Shown here one piece after another: positions 1 to 11,131 of a stretch of 58,289 nt of DNA. Source of the DNA: Actinomycetota bacterium (GTDB lineage Bacteria > Actinomycetota > UBA4738 > HRBIN12); assembly GCA_036555125.1 (NCBI GenBank), contig DATBLY010000068.1, forward strand, positions 1 through 58,289, read 5' to 3'. Position 1 is the stretch's first letter; each line of letters starts with the position of its first letter. The translations under genes and the position numbers were made by a program. The notes beneath the pieces were generated by a model. It was not told the origin of the DNA. It made no database searches and was given only the letters and a program-made list of their open reading frames with translations.

Positions 1-1355
1 CGCCAGTTCACGAACGTGGGGCGGAACGCCGTCCGGCCGCCGTAGTCGGTCGTACCGACGTACACGCGCCCGTCCCCGAGGATCGCCCGCCCGATCTCGG
101 CGTTCAGCGCGTTCAGCCGCCCCTCGTCGAGGCCCTGCGGGCGATAGCGGAAGCACACGATGTTGAGGGGGACGTCGGCGAGGCGCTCCAGGTCCGGTTC
201 GCGGTCGACGCGGTCGGCCAGGTGCCGCGCGAGGTCCAGGCCGCGCTCGACGATCGCCCGGTAGCCGCCGCGGCCGTACGCGCGGAGCGTCGCCCACACC
301 GGGATCGCTCGGGAGCGCCTCGACATCTCCGGACCGAGCCAGCCCCAGTTCGGGCGCCGGTGCCCGACCCCCGGGAGGTATGCCGCGCCGACCCCACCGA
401 ACACCGGAGGGAGCCGCGACGGGTCGCGCAGGAACGCGAACCCGCAGTCGTAGGCCACGTTCAGCCACTTGTGGCCGTCGGCGATCACGGAGTCGGCGCG
501 TTCGACCCCCGCGACCAGATGCTCGGTCCGCGGCGAGAGCGCCGCGAACAGGCCGAACGCCCCGTCCACGTGCAGCCAGGCGCCGTAGCGCTCCGCGAGC
601 TCGGCCATCGGGACGACCGGATCGAAGTCGCCCGCGTTCACCTCGCCGGCGCTGCAGATCACGATCGAGGGCGCGCCGTCGAGCGCACGCAGCGCATCCT
701 CCATCGCCCCGAGGTCGGCGCGCCCGATCGTGTCCCGCGCGAACACCTGCACCCGGTCGCGGCCGATCCCGAGCATCCCGAGCGCCTTCACGTCGCTCGG
801 GTGGACGTAGCCGCCGGCCAGGACGGGCACGGGCGGGAGGCCCGCCATGCCGTCGCGGTCCACGTCGACGCCGTGCCGTTCCGCCCACCAGCTGCGCGCG
901 GCCGCGAGCGCGGTGAAGTTCGCCATCGTGGCGCCGGTGGTGAGCACCCCGCCCCACGTCGGGGGCAGCCGGAACAGATCGAGGAGCCACCCGACCGAGA
1001 CCGACTCGAGCCGGGCGGCGAGCGGCGACGCGTCCCACGCGCCCGCGCACTGGTCGATCGTCGCGGCGACCCACTCCGCGCCCATCGCCGCCGGGGTGAC
1101 GCCGCCGATCACCCAGTGGAAGAAGCGCGGGCCCGCCGAGCGCACGGAGGCGGGAACGCCCTCCTCGAGCAGCTCGCTCAGGGCCGACAGCGCCCCGTCC
1201 CCCTCCTCGGGGAGCGGCCCGCCGAACGCCGACTCGACGGACTCCGCGGCGGGCTCACGCACCGGCGCCGCGTCGAGCGTGGCGAGGTAGCGATCCGCCT
1301 CCTTGGCCACGAAGGTCGTCACGTCGGGGATCTCGTCGCGGGTCGGCTCGGGCAT
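1..1355 (-). CDS. PLP-dependent (group II) decarboxylase, C-terminus outside the window
   Basis: The minus-strand frame is open from ATG at 1355 to the window edge. It is absent from the ORF track because no stop lies inside the window. My translation reads MPEPTRDEIPDV...GATMANFTALAAAR...HVDGAFG...DGHKWLNVPYDCGF, and the HKW lysine motif is typical of PLP decarboxylases. GC3 is high. Confidence 0.75.
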   Translation of the reverse strand, partial: MPEPTRDEIPDVTTFVAKEADRYLATLDAAPVREPAAESVESAFGGPLPEEGDGALSALSELLEEGVPASVRSAGPRFFHWVIGGVTPAAMGAEWVAATIDQCAGAWDASPLAARLESVSVGWLLDLFRLPPTWGGVLTTGATMANFTALAAARSWWAERHGVDVDRDGMAGLPPVPVLAGGYVHPSDVKALGMLGIGRDRVQVFARDTIGRADLGAMEDALRALDGAPSIVICSAGEVNAGDFDPVVPMAELAERYGAWLHVDGAFGLFAALSPRTEHLVAGVERADSVIADGHKWLNVAYDCGFAFLRDPSRLPPVFGGVGAAYLPGVGHRRPNWGWLGPEMSRRSRAIPVWATLRAYGRGGYRAIVERGLDLARHLADRVDREPDLERLADVPLNIVCFRYRPQGLDEGRLNALNAEIGRAILGDGRVYVGTTDYGGRTAFRPTFVNW

Positions 1356-1432
1356 CGCGGGCTCCTCGGTCGGTGGGTCGGCCAGCGTACCGAGGGAGTC
1401 GCGGGGCCGCCCCGCGGCCGGACCCGCCGCGG

Positions 1433-1903
1433 CTACCGGCGCCGGCCCAGCTCGCGCTCGATCTCGCGCGCCTGATCCCGCTCGGCGATCGACCGCCGCT
1501 TCTCGTACTCGCGCTTGCCGCGGCCGAGGCCGAGCTCGACCTTCGCCAGCCCGTGGGTGAAGTAGATCCGCAGGGGCACGAGCGCCAGCCGCTGCTCGGC
1601 CATCTTCGCGTCGAGCTTGTCGATCTCGCGCCGGTGCAGCAGGAGCTTCCGCGGCCGCACCGCGACGTGGCGGCGCTTGTCCCCCTGCTCGTACGGCGGG
1701 ATGTGCAGCCCCTCGAGCCACGCCTCGCCGTCGCGCACGCGGGCGAACGCCTCGGCCAGCGACGCCCGGCCGCCGCGCAGCGACTTCACCTCGTCGCCCG
1801 TGAGCCGGATCCCGGCCTCGAGCCGCTCGAGGATCTGGTAGTCGTGCCGCGCCTTGCGGTTGGACGCGACGGTCTTCTCGTCCTGCGGGTCGCGCGGCGC
1901 CAT
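1433..1903 (-). CDS. smpB: SsrA-binding protein SmpB
   Basis: The 156-aa ORF reads NRKARHDYQILERLEAGIRLTGDEVKSLR...KLLLHRREIDKL, the canonical SmpB signature. It lies downstream of ftsEX, as in other actinobacteria. Confidence 0.95.
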   Translation of the reverse strand: MAPRDPQDEKTVASNRKARHDYQILERLEAGIRLTGDEVKSLRGGRASLAEAFARVRDGEAWLEGLHIPPYEQGDKRRHVAVRPRKLLLHRREIDKLDAKMAEQRLALVPLRIYFTHGLAKVELGLGRGKREYEKRRSIAERDQAREIERELGRRR

Positions 1904-1913
1904 GCGCGCCAGC

Positions 1914-2816
1914 CTAGACGTCGAGGAAGCGGCGCATCCCGATCGTGCCGGCGACGATCGCGACGATCGCGGCGGCGATCAGGATCCAGGGCGCGATCGC
2001 CAGCACGTCGGAGTTCTGGACCAGCGGGAAGAACTGGATCTCGTCACGGAGCCGGTCCACGAAGACCACCTTCAGCAGGAACAGCGCGAAGATCGCGGCC
2101 GTCGCGCCCAGGAGCGACTCGACGAGCCCCTCGATCAGGAACGGCACGCGGATCCGCCAGTTCGTCGCGCCGACCAGGCGCATGATGCCGATCTCCTTGC
2201 GCCGGGCGAACATCCCCATCCGCAGCGTGTTCGCGATCAGCGCGACCGCGGAGGCGAGCATGATCACGGCGACCGACAGGATCCCGACCGAGAGCACGCG
2301 GGTGATCGCGACCAGCCGCGACAGGACCTCCCGGTAGTCCTGGACCGTGTCCACGCCCGGTTGCCCTTCCACCGCCGCCCGGACCTGCTCGAAGCGTGCC
2401 GTGTCGGCCAGCGTCACGCGTAACGACGCGGGGAGCGGGTTGTCCTCGGGATGCTGCGGATCGTCGCACTTGATGTTCTCGACGAAGATCGGCTGGTTCG
2501 CGAACAGCTCCTGGAACCGCACGCACGCGTCGTCCTTGCTCTCGAACCGGACCTGGTCCACCGCCGGAAGGGACTCCAGGCGGTCCGTCAGCAGCGCCAC
2601 CGTGTCGGGGTTGACCGGGTCCGTGAGGTACACGGCGACCTGCACGTTGCCGGTCCACGCGTCGATCACCAGGTTGAACTCGCGCGCGATCAGCAGGGCG
2701 AGCCCGAACAGGAACAGCGCGATGAACGCCGTCGACATCGCCGCGAACGCGACGATCCCGTTGCGGCGCAGGCCGGAGGCGGTCTCGCGGAAGTACCGCT
2801 CCATCACCCCGGCCAT
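1914..2816 (-). CDS. ftsX: Cell-division ABC transporter permease FtsX
   Basis: I trimmed the 375-aa track ORF to the internal ATG ([20 protein letters not shown]...). This start overlaps the ftsE stop as TGATG. The protein has 4 TM segments and a periplasmic domain, the FtsX layout. Confidence 0.9.
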   Translation of the reverse strand: MAGVMERYFRETASGLRRNGIVAFAAMSTAFIALFLFGLALLIAREFNLVIDAWTGNVQVAVYLTDPVNPDTVALLTDRLESLPAVDQVRFESKDDACVRFQELFANQPIFVENIKCDDPQHPEDNPLPASLRVTLADTARFEQVRAAVEGQPGVDTVQDYREVLSRLVAITRVLSVGILSVAVIMLASAVALIANTLRMGMFARRKEIGIMRLVGATNWRIRVPFLIEGLVESLLGATAAIFALFLLKVVFVDRLRDEIQFFPLVQNSDVLAIAPWILIAAAIVAIVAGTIGMRRFLDV

Positions 2817-3493
2817 CAGCTGTACACCCCGCGCGCCTGGTCCCGGACCACGTGGCCCTTCTCGAGCTCGACGACGCGCTTGCGCATCGCGTCCACGATC
2901 GCCTGGTCGTGCGTGGCCATCACGACGGTGGTCCCGATCCGGTTCACCTTGTCCAGCAGGCGCATGATGTCCACGCTGGTGTTCGGGTCGAGGTTGCCGG
3001 TGGGCTCGTCCGCCAGCAGGACCAGCGGACGGTTCACGCACGCACGCGCGATCGAGACCCGCTGCTGCTCGCCCCCGGAGAGCTCGTCGGGATAGCTGTT
3101 GAGCTTGTCGCCGAGGCCCACGTACTCGAGGATCTCGGGGACGCGCTGGTCGATCACGTGCTTGGGCTTGCCGATCACCTCGAGCCCGAACGAGACGTTC
3201 TCGAACACGGTCTTGTCGGAGAGCAGCTTGTAGTCCTGGAAGACGGTCCCGATGTTGCGCCGCAGGTAGGGCACCTTGAACGACGAGATCTTGGCGAGGT
3301 TCTTGCCGGCGACGTAGACGTCGCCCTTCGTCGCCTCCTCCTCCTTGAGCAGGAGGCGGATCATCGTCGACTTCCCCGACCCGGACGGGCCGACGATGAA
3401 GACGAACTCGCCCTTCTCGATCTCGACGGTGACGTCTTCGAGCGCCGTGACGCCGTTGCGATACGTCTTCGTGACGTGCTGGATGCTGATCAT
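2816..3493 (-). CDS. ftsE: Cell-division ATP-binding protein FtsE
   Basis: The 225-aa ORF carries Walker [10 protein letters not shown], the signature [14 protein letters not shown] and Walker [12 protein letters not shown]. Confidence 0.95.
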   Translation of the reverse strand: MISIQHVTKTYRNGVTALEDVTVEIEKGEFVFIVGPSGSGKSTMIRLLLKEEEATKGDVYVAGKNLAKISSFKVPYLRRNIGTVFQDYKLLSDKTVFENVSFGLEVIGKPKHVIDQRVPEILEYVGLGDKLNSYPDELSGGEQQRVSIARACVNRPLVLLADEPTGNLDPNTSVDIMRLLDKVNRIGTTVVMATHDQAIVDAMRKRVVELEKGHVVRDQARGVYS

Positions 3494-3586
3494 CGGATGG
3501 AGGGGTTCGAACGAGGGTTCGGTGGAGCCGGACCAGGCTACCAGCTCCCCTCGCGGAACCCGGGAGCGTCGCTAGGCTGATGGGCC

Positions 3587-6043
3587 ATGACCTCCACGGC
3601 CGTCGACGCGGTGGCGCCGCCGCGCGGCGCCGACCTCCGCGCGACCGACGGGCCCTGGCGCCGCGCCGCGGCGGCGTGCGCCGGCCCGGCCCTGATCGTC
3701 GGCCTGGTCCTGTTCGCGCTGCGGGGCTTCGCGTTCCACCCGCTGCTGACGAACGACCACCCCGACCTGCTGTCGTTCTGGCTGCCGCGGCTCGGCTTCC
3801 TGGGCCGCTCGCTCGCCGCCGGCCACGTCCCGCTCTGGAACCCGTACGAGATGGTCGGCTACCGCTTCGCCGCCGATCCGCAGAGCGGGTTCCTGTACGC
3901 GCCGGCGATGGCGCTGTTCAGCGCGCTGTCGCCGGGCGCCGCGCTCCGCGCGCTGATCGTCCTGAACCCGCTCCTCGCCGGGCTCGGCCTCTACGGGTTC
4001 CTGCGGCTCGAGCGGCTGACGCGCCTCGCGGCGACCGCCGGCGGGCTCGCCCTCGCGATGGCGATGTCCACGTCCGAGCTCGCGATCTCGATCCCGTTCG
4101 CGGGCTTCCTCGCATGGACGACCGTCGTCCTGATCGGGGCCTCGGGCTACCGGCAGGCGGGCCGGTGGTCGAGCCGGTTGCTGTGGCTCGCGCTCGGCGC
4201 GTTCGCCTGGTCCCAGGTCGCGAACGCGCACATGAGCCACGGCCTGGTGATGTGCTCGCTGCTGGTCGCGTCCTACCTGATCGCCTACGCCGTGGCGGAC
4301 GTCCGGGCGGGCGCCGCGCGCGGCTGGCCCGCCGCCGGCCGCGTCGCCCTGTTCCTGGCGGCGATGCCGCTCGCGAGCCTGGCGGTGCTGATCCCGCGGC
4401 TCGCGTTCATCGGGTCCTCGAGCCTGCACGTCGGCTACGACGCCCTGGGCGAGCCGCTCAAGGAGACCGCGAACCTCCAGGAGCGGCCGATCGTGACGAA
4501 CGGCGTGTGGGCCGCGTGGCCGCTCGCCTTCGGCATGGCGCCTGGCGCGTACCTCGGCGTGACGCTCCTGCTCGCGGTGCCCCTCGCGCTGCGCCCCCGA
4601 CGATGGCGCCCGCTCGTGTGGGGCGTCGGGGGGGCGTTCGCCCTGACGTGGATCCTGATGCTGAACGCCGTGGTCGCGGCGGGCTGGTTCCGTTCCCTCA
4701 TGGGCCGCGTCCCCTTCGGCGACGTGTACCTGCACAACCCGGGGCGCCTGCGCTACCTCGCGTGCATCGCGCTGCCGGTGCTGGGGGCGGTCGGGCTGCA
4801 GGGCCTGCGCGACGTGCCCCTCGAGCCGCGCCGAGCCGCCTGGTGGCTGGGCGGCGGCGTCGGCGTCCTGCTCGTGCTGCCGCTCGCGTTCGGCGCAGAG
4901 CCGGTGCGCCTGGTCCTCGTCGCGGCCGCGATGCTCGTGGCGGCGCCGGTCCTGTACGCGCTCGCGACCCGACGCTGGCGGTGGGCGGCGGTGGGCGTGG
5001 TCGCGATCCTCGCGGTCGAGCTCACGGCGAGCGCGATCGCCTCGAGCACCTATCAGGGGGGCACGGTGTTCACGGGGCTCGAGGCCGGTGCCCATCCGAA
5101 CCTCGTGCCGCAGCCGCTGCGGTACCCGGACATCCCGGAGGCCGACTACCTGCGACCGACCCGGTTCGTCCAGATCCTGCGCGACCAGGACGAGCGGTAC
5201 CTGACGTGGGCGCCGCCAGCCGCCTTCTTCGAGAAGGGGTACCTGTTCGCCCAGCGACCGCAGGACTGGCCGGCCCTCGCGATGGAGCGCGGCACCCTGT
5301 TCGGGATCCCCGACGCGCTCGGGTACAACCCGGTCCAGATGCTGCGGTACTGGACCTACATCCGGGCCACGAACGCCCTGGACGTCTTCTACAACGCGTC
5401 GGTGATCTCCCGTCCGTCGCTCGAGGACGTGCGCCTGCTGGGGATCCGATACCTGGTCGTGCCCCAGGGCACCGCCGACCGCACCCTGCCGGGCCGGGTC
5501 GTCGCGCGCGCCGACGACTACGAGCTGATCGAGGTGTACGGCTGGGAGCCGCGCGCGTCGGTGGTCACGGACTGGACGGTCGCCGACCACCCGGTGGACG
5601 TGCTCCGCGCGGTGCTCGCGCCGGGGTTCGATCCGGGGAGGGTCGCCGTCCTCGAGTCCGACCCCGGCATCGCCCCCGCGCCGGGCGGCGCGTCGTCCAC
5701 CGGACGCGTGATCGCGTCGACGCCCGAGGACGTGCGGATCGCGGTCGACGCCGCCGCGCCGTCGGTCCTCGTGGTGCGCACGACGTACGACCCGGGGTGG
5801 ACCGCCACGGTGGATGGACGCCCGGCGCCCGTGATCGCGACCGACCACCTGATCCAGGGGGTGCCGGTCCCGGCCGGGTCGCACGAGATCCGGCTGACCT
5901 ACCGTGACGCGGACCTCGACCGCGGGCTGGCGGCCGGGTCGATGGTCTGGCTCATGCTCGTGGGCGCGATCGGCATCGCGTGGGTGCTCGAGCGACGCCG
6001 GGCGCCGACGGCCCCCGCACCGCCGCCGGCGCCCTCCGGCTAG
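3587..6043 (+). CDS. YfhO-family polytopic membrane protein (putative glycosyl/lipid-linked glycan transferase)
   Basis: The 818-aa ORF has many TM helices and an N-terminal LWNPYEMVGYRFAADPQSGFLYAP motif. Its C-terminal soluble domain reads TYDPGWTATVDGRPAPV...AGSHEIRLTYR and ends in a final TM, as in the YfhO family. Confidence 0.6.
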   Translation: MTSTAVDAVAPPRGADLRATDGPWRRAAAACAGPALIVGLVLFALRGFAFHPLLTNDHPDLLSFWLPRLGFLGRSLAAGHVPLWNPYEMVGYRFAADPQSGFLYAPAMALFSALSPGAALRALIVLNPLLAGLGLYGFLRLERLTRLAATAGGLALAMAMSTSELAISIPFAGFLAWTTVVLIGASGYRQAGRWSSRLLWLALGAFAWSQVANAHMSHGLVMCSLLVASYLIAYAVADVRAGAARGWPAAGRVALFLAAMPLASLAVLIPRLAFIGSSSLHVGYDALGEPLKETANLQERPIVTNGVWAAWPLAFGMAPGAYLGVTLLLAVPLALRPRRWRPLVWGVGGAFALTWILMLNAVVAAGWFRSLMGRVPFGDVYLHNPGRLRYLACIALPVLGAVGLQGLRDVPLEPRRAAWWLGGGVGVLLVLPLAFGAEPVRLVLVAAAMLVAAPVLYALATRRWRWAAVGVVAILAVELTASAIASSTYQGGTVFTGLEAGAHPNLVPQPLRYPDIPEADYLRPTRFVQILRDQDERYLTWAPPAAFFEKGYLFAQRPQDWPALAMERGTLFGIPDALGYNPVQMLRYWTYIRATNALDVFYNASVISRPSLEDVRLLGIRYLVVPQGTADRTLPGRVVARADDYELIEVYGWEPRASVVTDWTVADHPVDVLRAVLAPGFDPGRVAVLESDPGIAPAPGGASSTGRVIASTPEDVRIAVDAAAPSVLVVRTTYDPGWTATVDGRPAPVIATDHLIQGVPVPAGSHEIRLTYRDADLDRGLAAGSMVWLMLVGAIGIAWVLERRRAPTAPAPPPAPSG

Positions 6044-7165
6044 GCGTCCTCCGTGCCCGCCGCCGAGGCCCGCCGGCGGAGCTCCGCCTCGATGAACCGG
6101 TCGAGGTCGCCGTCGAGCACGCGCTGCGGGTCGCCGACCTCCTCCTCGGTGCGGTGGTCCTTGACCATCTGGTACGGCGCCAGCACGTACGAGCGGATCT
6201 GCGAGCCGAAGTCCACCGCCTTGCGCTCGCCGCGGATCGAGGCCATCTGCTCCTCGCGCTCCCGGCGCTGCAGCTCGGCCAGGCGGGCCTTCAGGATCGC
6301 CATCGCGACCGCCCGGTTCTGCATCTGCGAGCGCTCGTTCTGACACGCCACGACGATCCCGGTCGGCAGGTGCGTGATCCGGACCGCCGAATCGGTCGTG
6401 TTCACCGACTGGCCGCCCGGACCCGACGAGCGGTAGACGTCGATCCGGAGATCGCCCTCGTCGACCGGGACGTCGTCGGCCTCGGTCTCGTCGAGCGCGG
6501 GGATCACGTCGAGCGAGGCGAACGACGTGTGGCGCCGCTTCTGCGAGTCGAACGGGCTGATCCGCACGAGGCGGTGGACGCCCCGCTCCGCCGAGAGCAG
6601 GCCGTAGGCGTTCGGCCCGTGCACCTGGAACGTCGCCGACTTGATCCCGGCCTCCTCGCCGTAATGGATCTCGTCGACCTCCGCCTTGAACCCCTCGTTC
6701 TCCGCCCACCGCGTGTACATGCGCAGCAGCATGTCGGCCCAGTCCTGCGACTCCGTCCCCCCCGCCCCGGCGTTGATCGTCGCGATCGCGTCGTTCGCGT
6801 CGTACTCGCCGGACAGCAGGGCCGCGAGCTCGACCTTCTCGAGCTCCTGGGCGAGCGCATCGACCGACCCGGTCAGCTCGCGCTCGAGGTCGGGGTCCGA
6901 GCCCTCCTCGGCCAGCAGCTCGTCGAGCGCCTTGACATCGTCCGCCTTGCGCTGCAACGACTCCCAACGGTCGACGTCGGCCTTCAGCCGGGCGAGCGTG
7001 GTGGTCAGCCGCTGGCCGCGAGCCGGGTCGTCCCACAGCGCCGGATCCGAGGCCTCCAGCTCGAGCTCGGCCGTCCGGGCGCGCTTGCCGTCGACGTCAA
7101 AGGAACTCCTTCGCGGCGGAGACGCGCTGCGCGAGCTCGTCGATCCGTTCGGTGTGGTCGCTCAT
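6040..7165 (-). CDS. prfB: Peptide chain release factor 2, requires programmed +1 frameshift
   Basis: Frame 0 runs from ATG 7165 for 22 codons (MSDHTERIDELAQRVSAAKEFL) and then hits TGA at 7099..7097. The +1 frame from 7098 runs to the stop at 6040 (DVDGKRARTAELE...SPGGQSVNTTDSAVRITHLPTG...). The track ORF 6040..6957 is the C-terminal part of this frame. Confidence 0.93.
7096..7111 (-). other. RF2 programmed +1 frameshift site (AAGGAG TTC CTT TGA C)
   Basis: The minus strand reads AAG GAG TTC CTT TGA C. This gives an SD-like AAGGAG 3 nt upstream of the slippery CTT, followed by an in-frame TGA and then C, the classic prfB autoregulatory arrangement. Confidence 0.9.
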
Positions 7166-7352
7166 GCCGCGAGTGTATCCACCCATGCCCGCCGGTCACG
7201 GGTCGCCGACGCGGACGAGCCCCGGGCGGCCGAACCCATGGCGTGTCGGACGTCACCGCGCGCCGGTCCGCCCCGGCACCGACCGACGACCCTGCCGCGC
7301 CTACCGTCCGATCCAGACGCGCCGATGACGCGACGGAGCGAAGGGAGGCGCC

Positions 7353-7766
7353 ATGAGCGCGCAGGGAACCCTCACCGCCGGGAGGACCGGACACGTCCCG
7401 ATGTGGCCCATCGTGGTCGCGATCCTCGGGGTGACCGCGGGGATCGTCGGCCTCACGATCGGCCTCACGCTCCCCAGGGACGCGACCTCCGACGTCGTGG
7501 CCACGGTCGCCGCGACCGAGGTCGCCGCGAACTCGAGCGCGGCCGTCCGCGAGGCCGGCGTCTACGCGACCACGCGGCCGGCCACCGTGTTCCCCGGGGC
7601 GCTCGAGACGGCCGGCGTCGTGATCCCGCAGCTGGACCCGGCCGCCTTCGCGAGCGACCAGGCCGCGAAGGTGCGAGCCCGGTACGGAGCGATGGCCGGC
7701 TTCGGCAGCACGGGCGCGCAGGAACCCATCGTGATCGGCGGCTTCGTCTGCCACCAGTGCCGATGA
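7353..7766 (+). CDS. Small single-pass membrane protein with C-terminal IxIGxx[VI]CHQCR tail (paralog 1)
   Basis: The 137-aa ORF has a GGGAGG SD upstream of its ATG and high GC3. It contains one TM helix (WPIVVAILGVTAGIVGLTIGLTL) and ends IVIGGFVCHQCR. Confidence 0.75.
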   Translation: MSAQGTLTAGRTGHVPMWPIVVAILGVTAGIVGLTIGLTLPRDATSDVVATVAATEVAANSSAAVREAGVYATTRPATVFPGALETAGVVIPQLDPAAFASDQAAKVRARYGAMAGFGSTGAQEPIVIGGFVCHQCR

Positions 7767-7785
7767 CGAGCCGCGGGCCCGGGAC

Positions 7786-7810
7786 GGGCGGCCGGCGCAG
7801 CCGGCCGCCC
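7786..7810 (+). terminator. Perfect GC hairpin downstream of CHQCR paralog 1
   Basis: GGGCGGCCGGC-GCA-GCCGGCCGCCC gives an 11-bp stem, followed by TTCGCG. It starts 20 nt after the stop. Confidence 0.5.
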
Positions 7811-7986
7811 TTCGCGTACGTGGGTCCTCGGGGGATCCGGTGTCGCGCGGCCTTCGACGGGGTCCACGAACGTGACGGACATCACCCGCGCTCGGTGGCG
7901 GGGGCCACCGAGCCGTGCGCCGCATGGCCCTACGGTTCGCACGTGAGGTCGCGACGGAGCGGCCGAGGGGACACGAGGAGGCGGAG

Positions 7987-8265
7987 ATGAGCGCCAAGGC
8001 CGGAACCTTCGAGCAGGTGCAGACCGGGACCAACTGGACGGGCGGATGGATCGCGGCGGCCCTCCTGGCCGTCGTCATCGCGGTGACGATGTTCGCGATG
8101 AGCCGTTCGGACGGCCCGGCGGAGCCGGTCTCGAACACGGCTCGCTACGAGGTCACCGACCAGCTCTCGGGCGGGCCCTCGAGGATCACCACGGGCGGCG
8201 CCCCCGCCGCCCCCACGCAGACCGGGATCCGGATCGGAGACACGATCTGCCACCAGTGCCGATAG
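7987..8265 (+). CDS. Small single-pass membrane protein with C-terminal IxIGxx[VI]CHQCR tail (paralog 2)
   Basis: I trimmed track ORF 7915..8265 to the ATG preceded by GAGGAGG (MSAKAGTFEQV...). It has one TM helix (WIAAALLAVVIAVTMFAM) and ends IRIGDTICHQCR. Confidence 0.7.
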   Translation: MSAKAGTFEQVQTGTNWTGGWIAAALLAVVIAVTMFAMSRSDGPAEPVSNTARYEVTDQLSGGPSRITTGGAPAAPTQTGIRIGDTICHQCR

Positions 8266-8290
8266 CAGGTACCCCCCTCTCTCGGCAGCC

Positions 8291-8318
8291 GAAGGGCCGG
8301 CCCACGGGCCGGCCCTTC
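8291..8318. terminator. Bidirectional hairpin between convergent CHQCR paralog 2 and secA
   Basis: GAAGGGCCGGCC-CACG-GGCCGGCCCTTC forms a perfect 12-bp stem with a 4-nt loop. Confidence 0.6.
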
Positions 8319-8376
8319 GTCATGGGATGGGTCGGTCGTGGGTGGCCGTGCGGGCGCGCGACGGAGGGCGAGTGCC

Positions 8377-11079
<2,703 letters not shown>

Positions 11080-11131
11080 ACGGCTTCCTTCCCGGGGTCG
11101 TTGGGTCCTTCGATTCTATCGGCCGCCGGGT

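Noticed and set aside
1356-1432. Expected tmRNA (ssrA) downstream of smpB, as in the ftsE-ftsX-smpB-ssrA arrangement of many actinobacteria.
   Set aside because: Only 77 nt separate the smpB stop from the start of a convincingly coding PLP-decarboxylase gene. A tmRNA of roughly 350-400 nt cannot fit, and I saw no tRNA-like acceptor/T-arm.
3494-3586. A GGTTCGAAC string resembling a tRNA T-loop in the ftsE/YfhO divergent spacer.
   Set aside because: The flanking bases do not form a T-stem on either strand, and no acceptor or anticodon arms can be drawn.
3572-7036. Very long ORFs such as 3572..7036(-), 8338..11313(+), 25085..28879(+), 12274..14523(+) and the N-terminal two-thirds of 54524..58285(-).
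   Set aside because: Their translations are monotonous R/P/G/A/D/H strings with no recognisable motifs. They lie antisense or out of frame to genes with clear family signatures (YfhO/prfB, secA, GT2, the ThDP enzyme, acnA). Such open shadow frames are expected in very GC-rich DNA.
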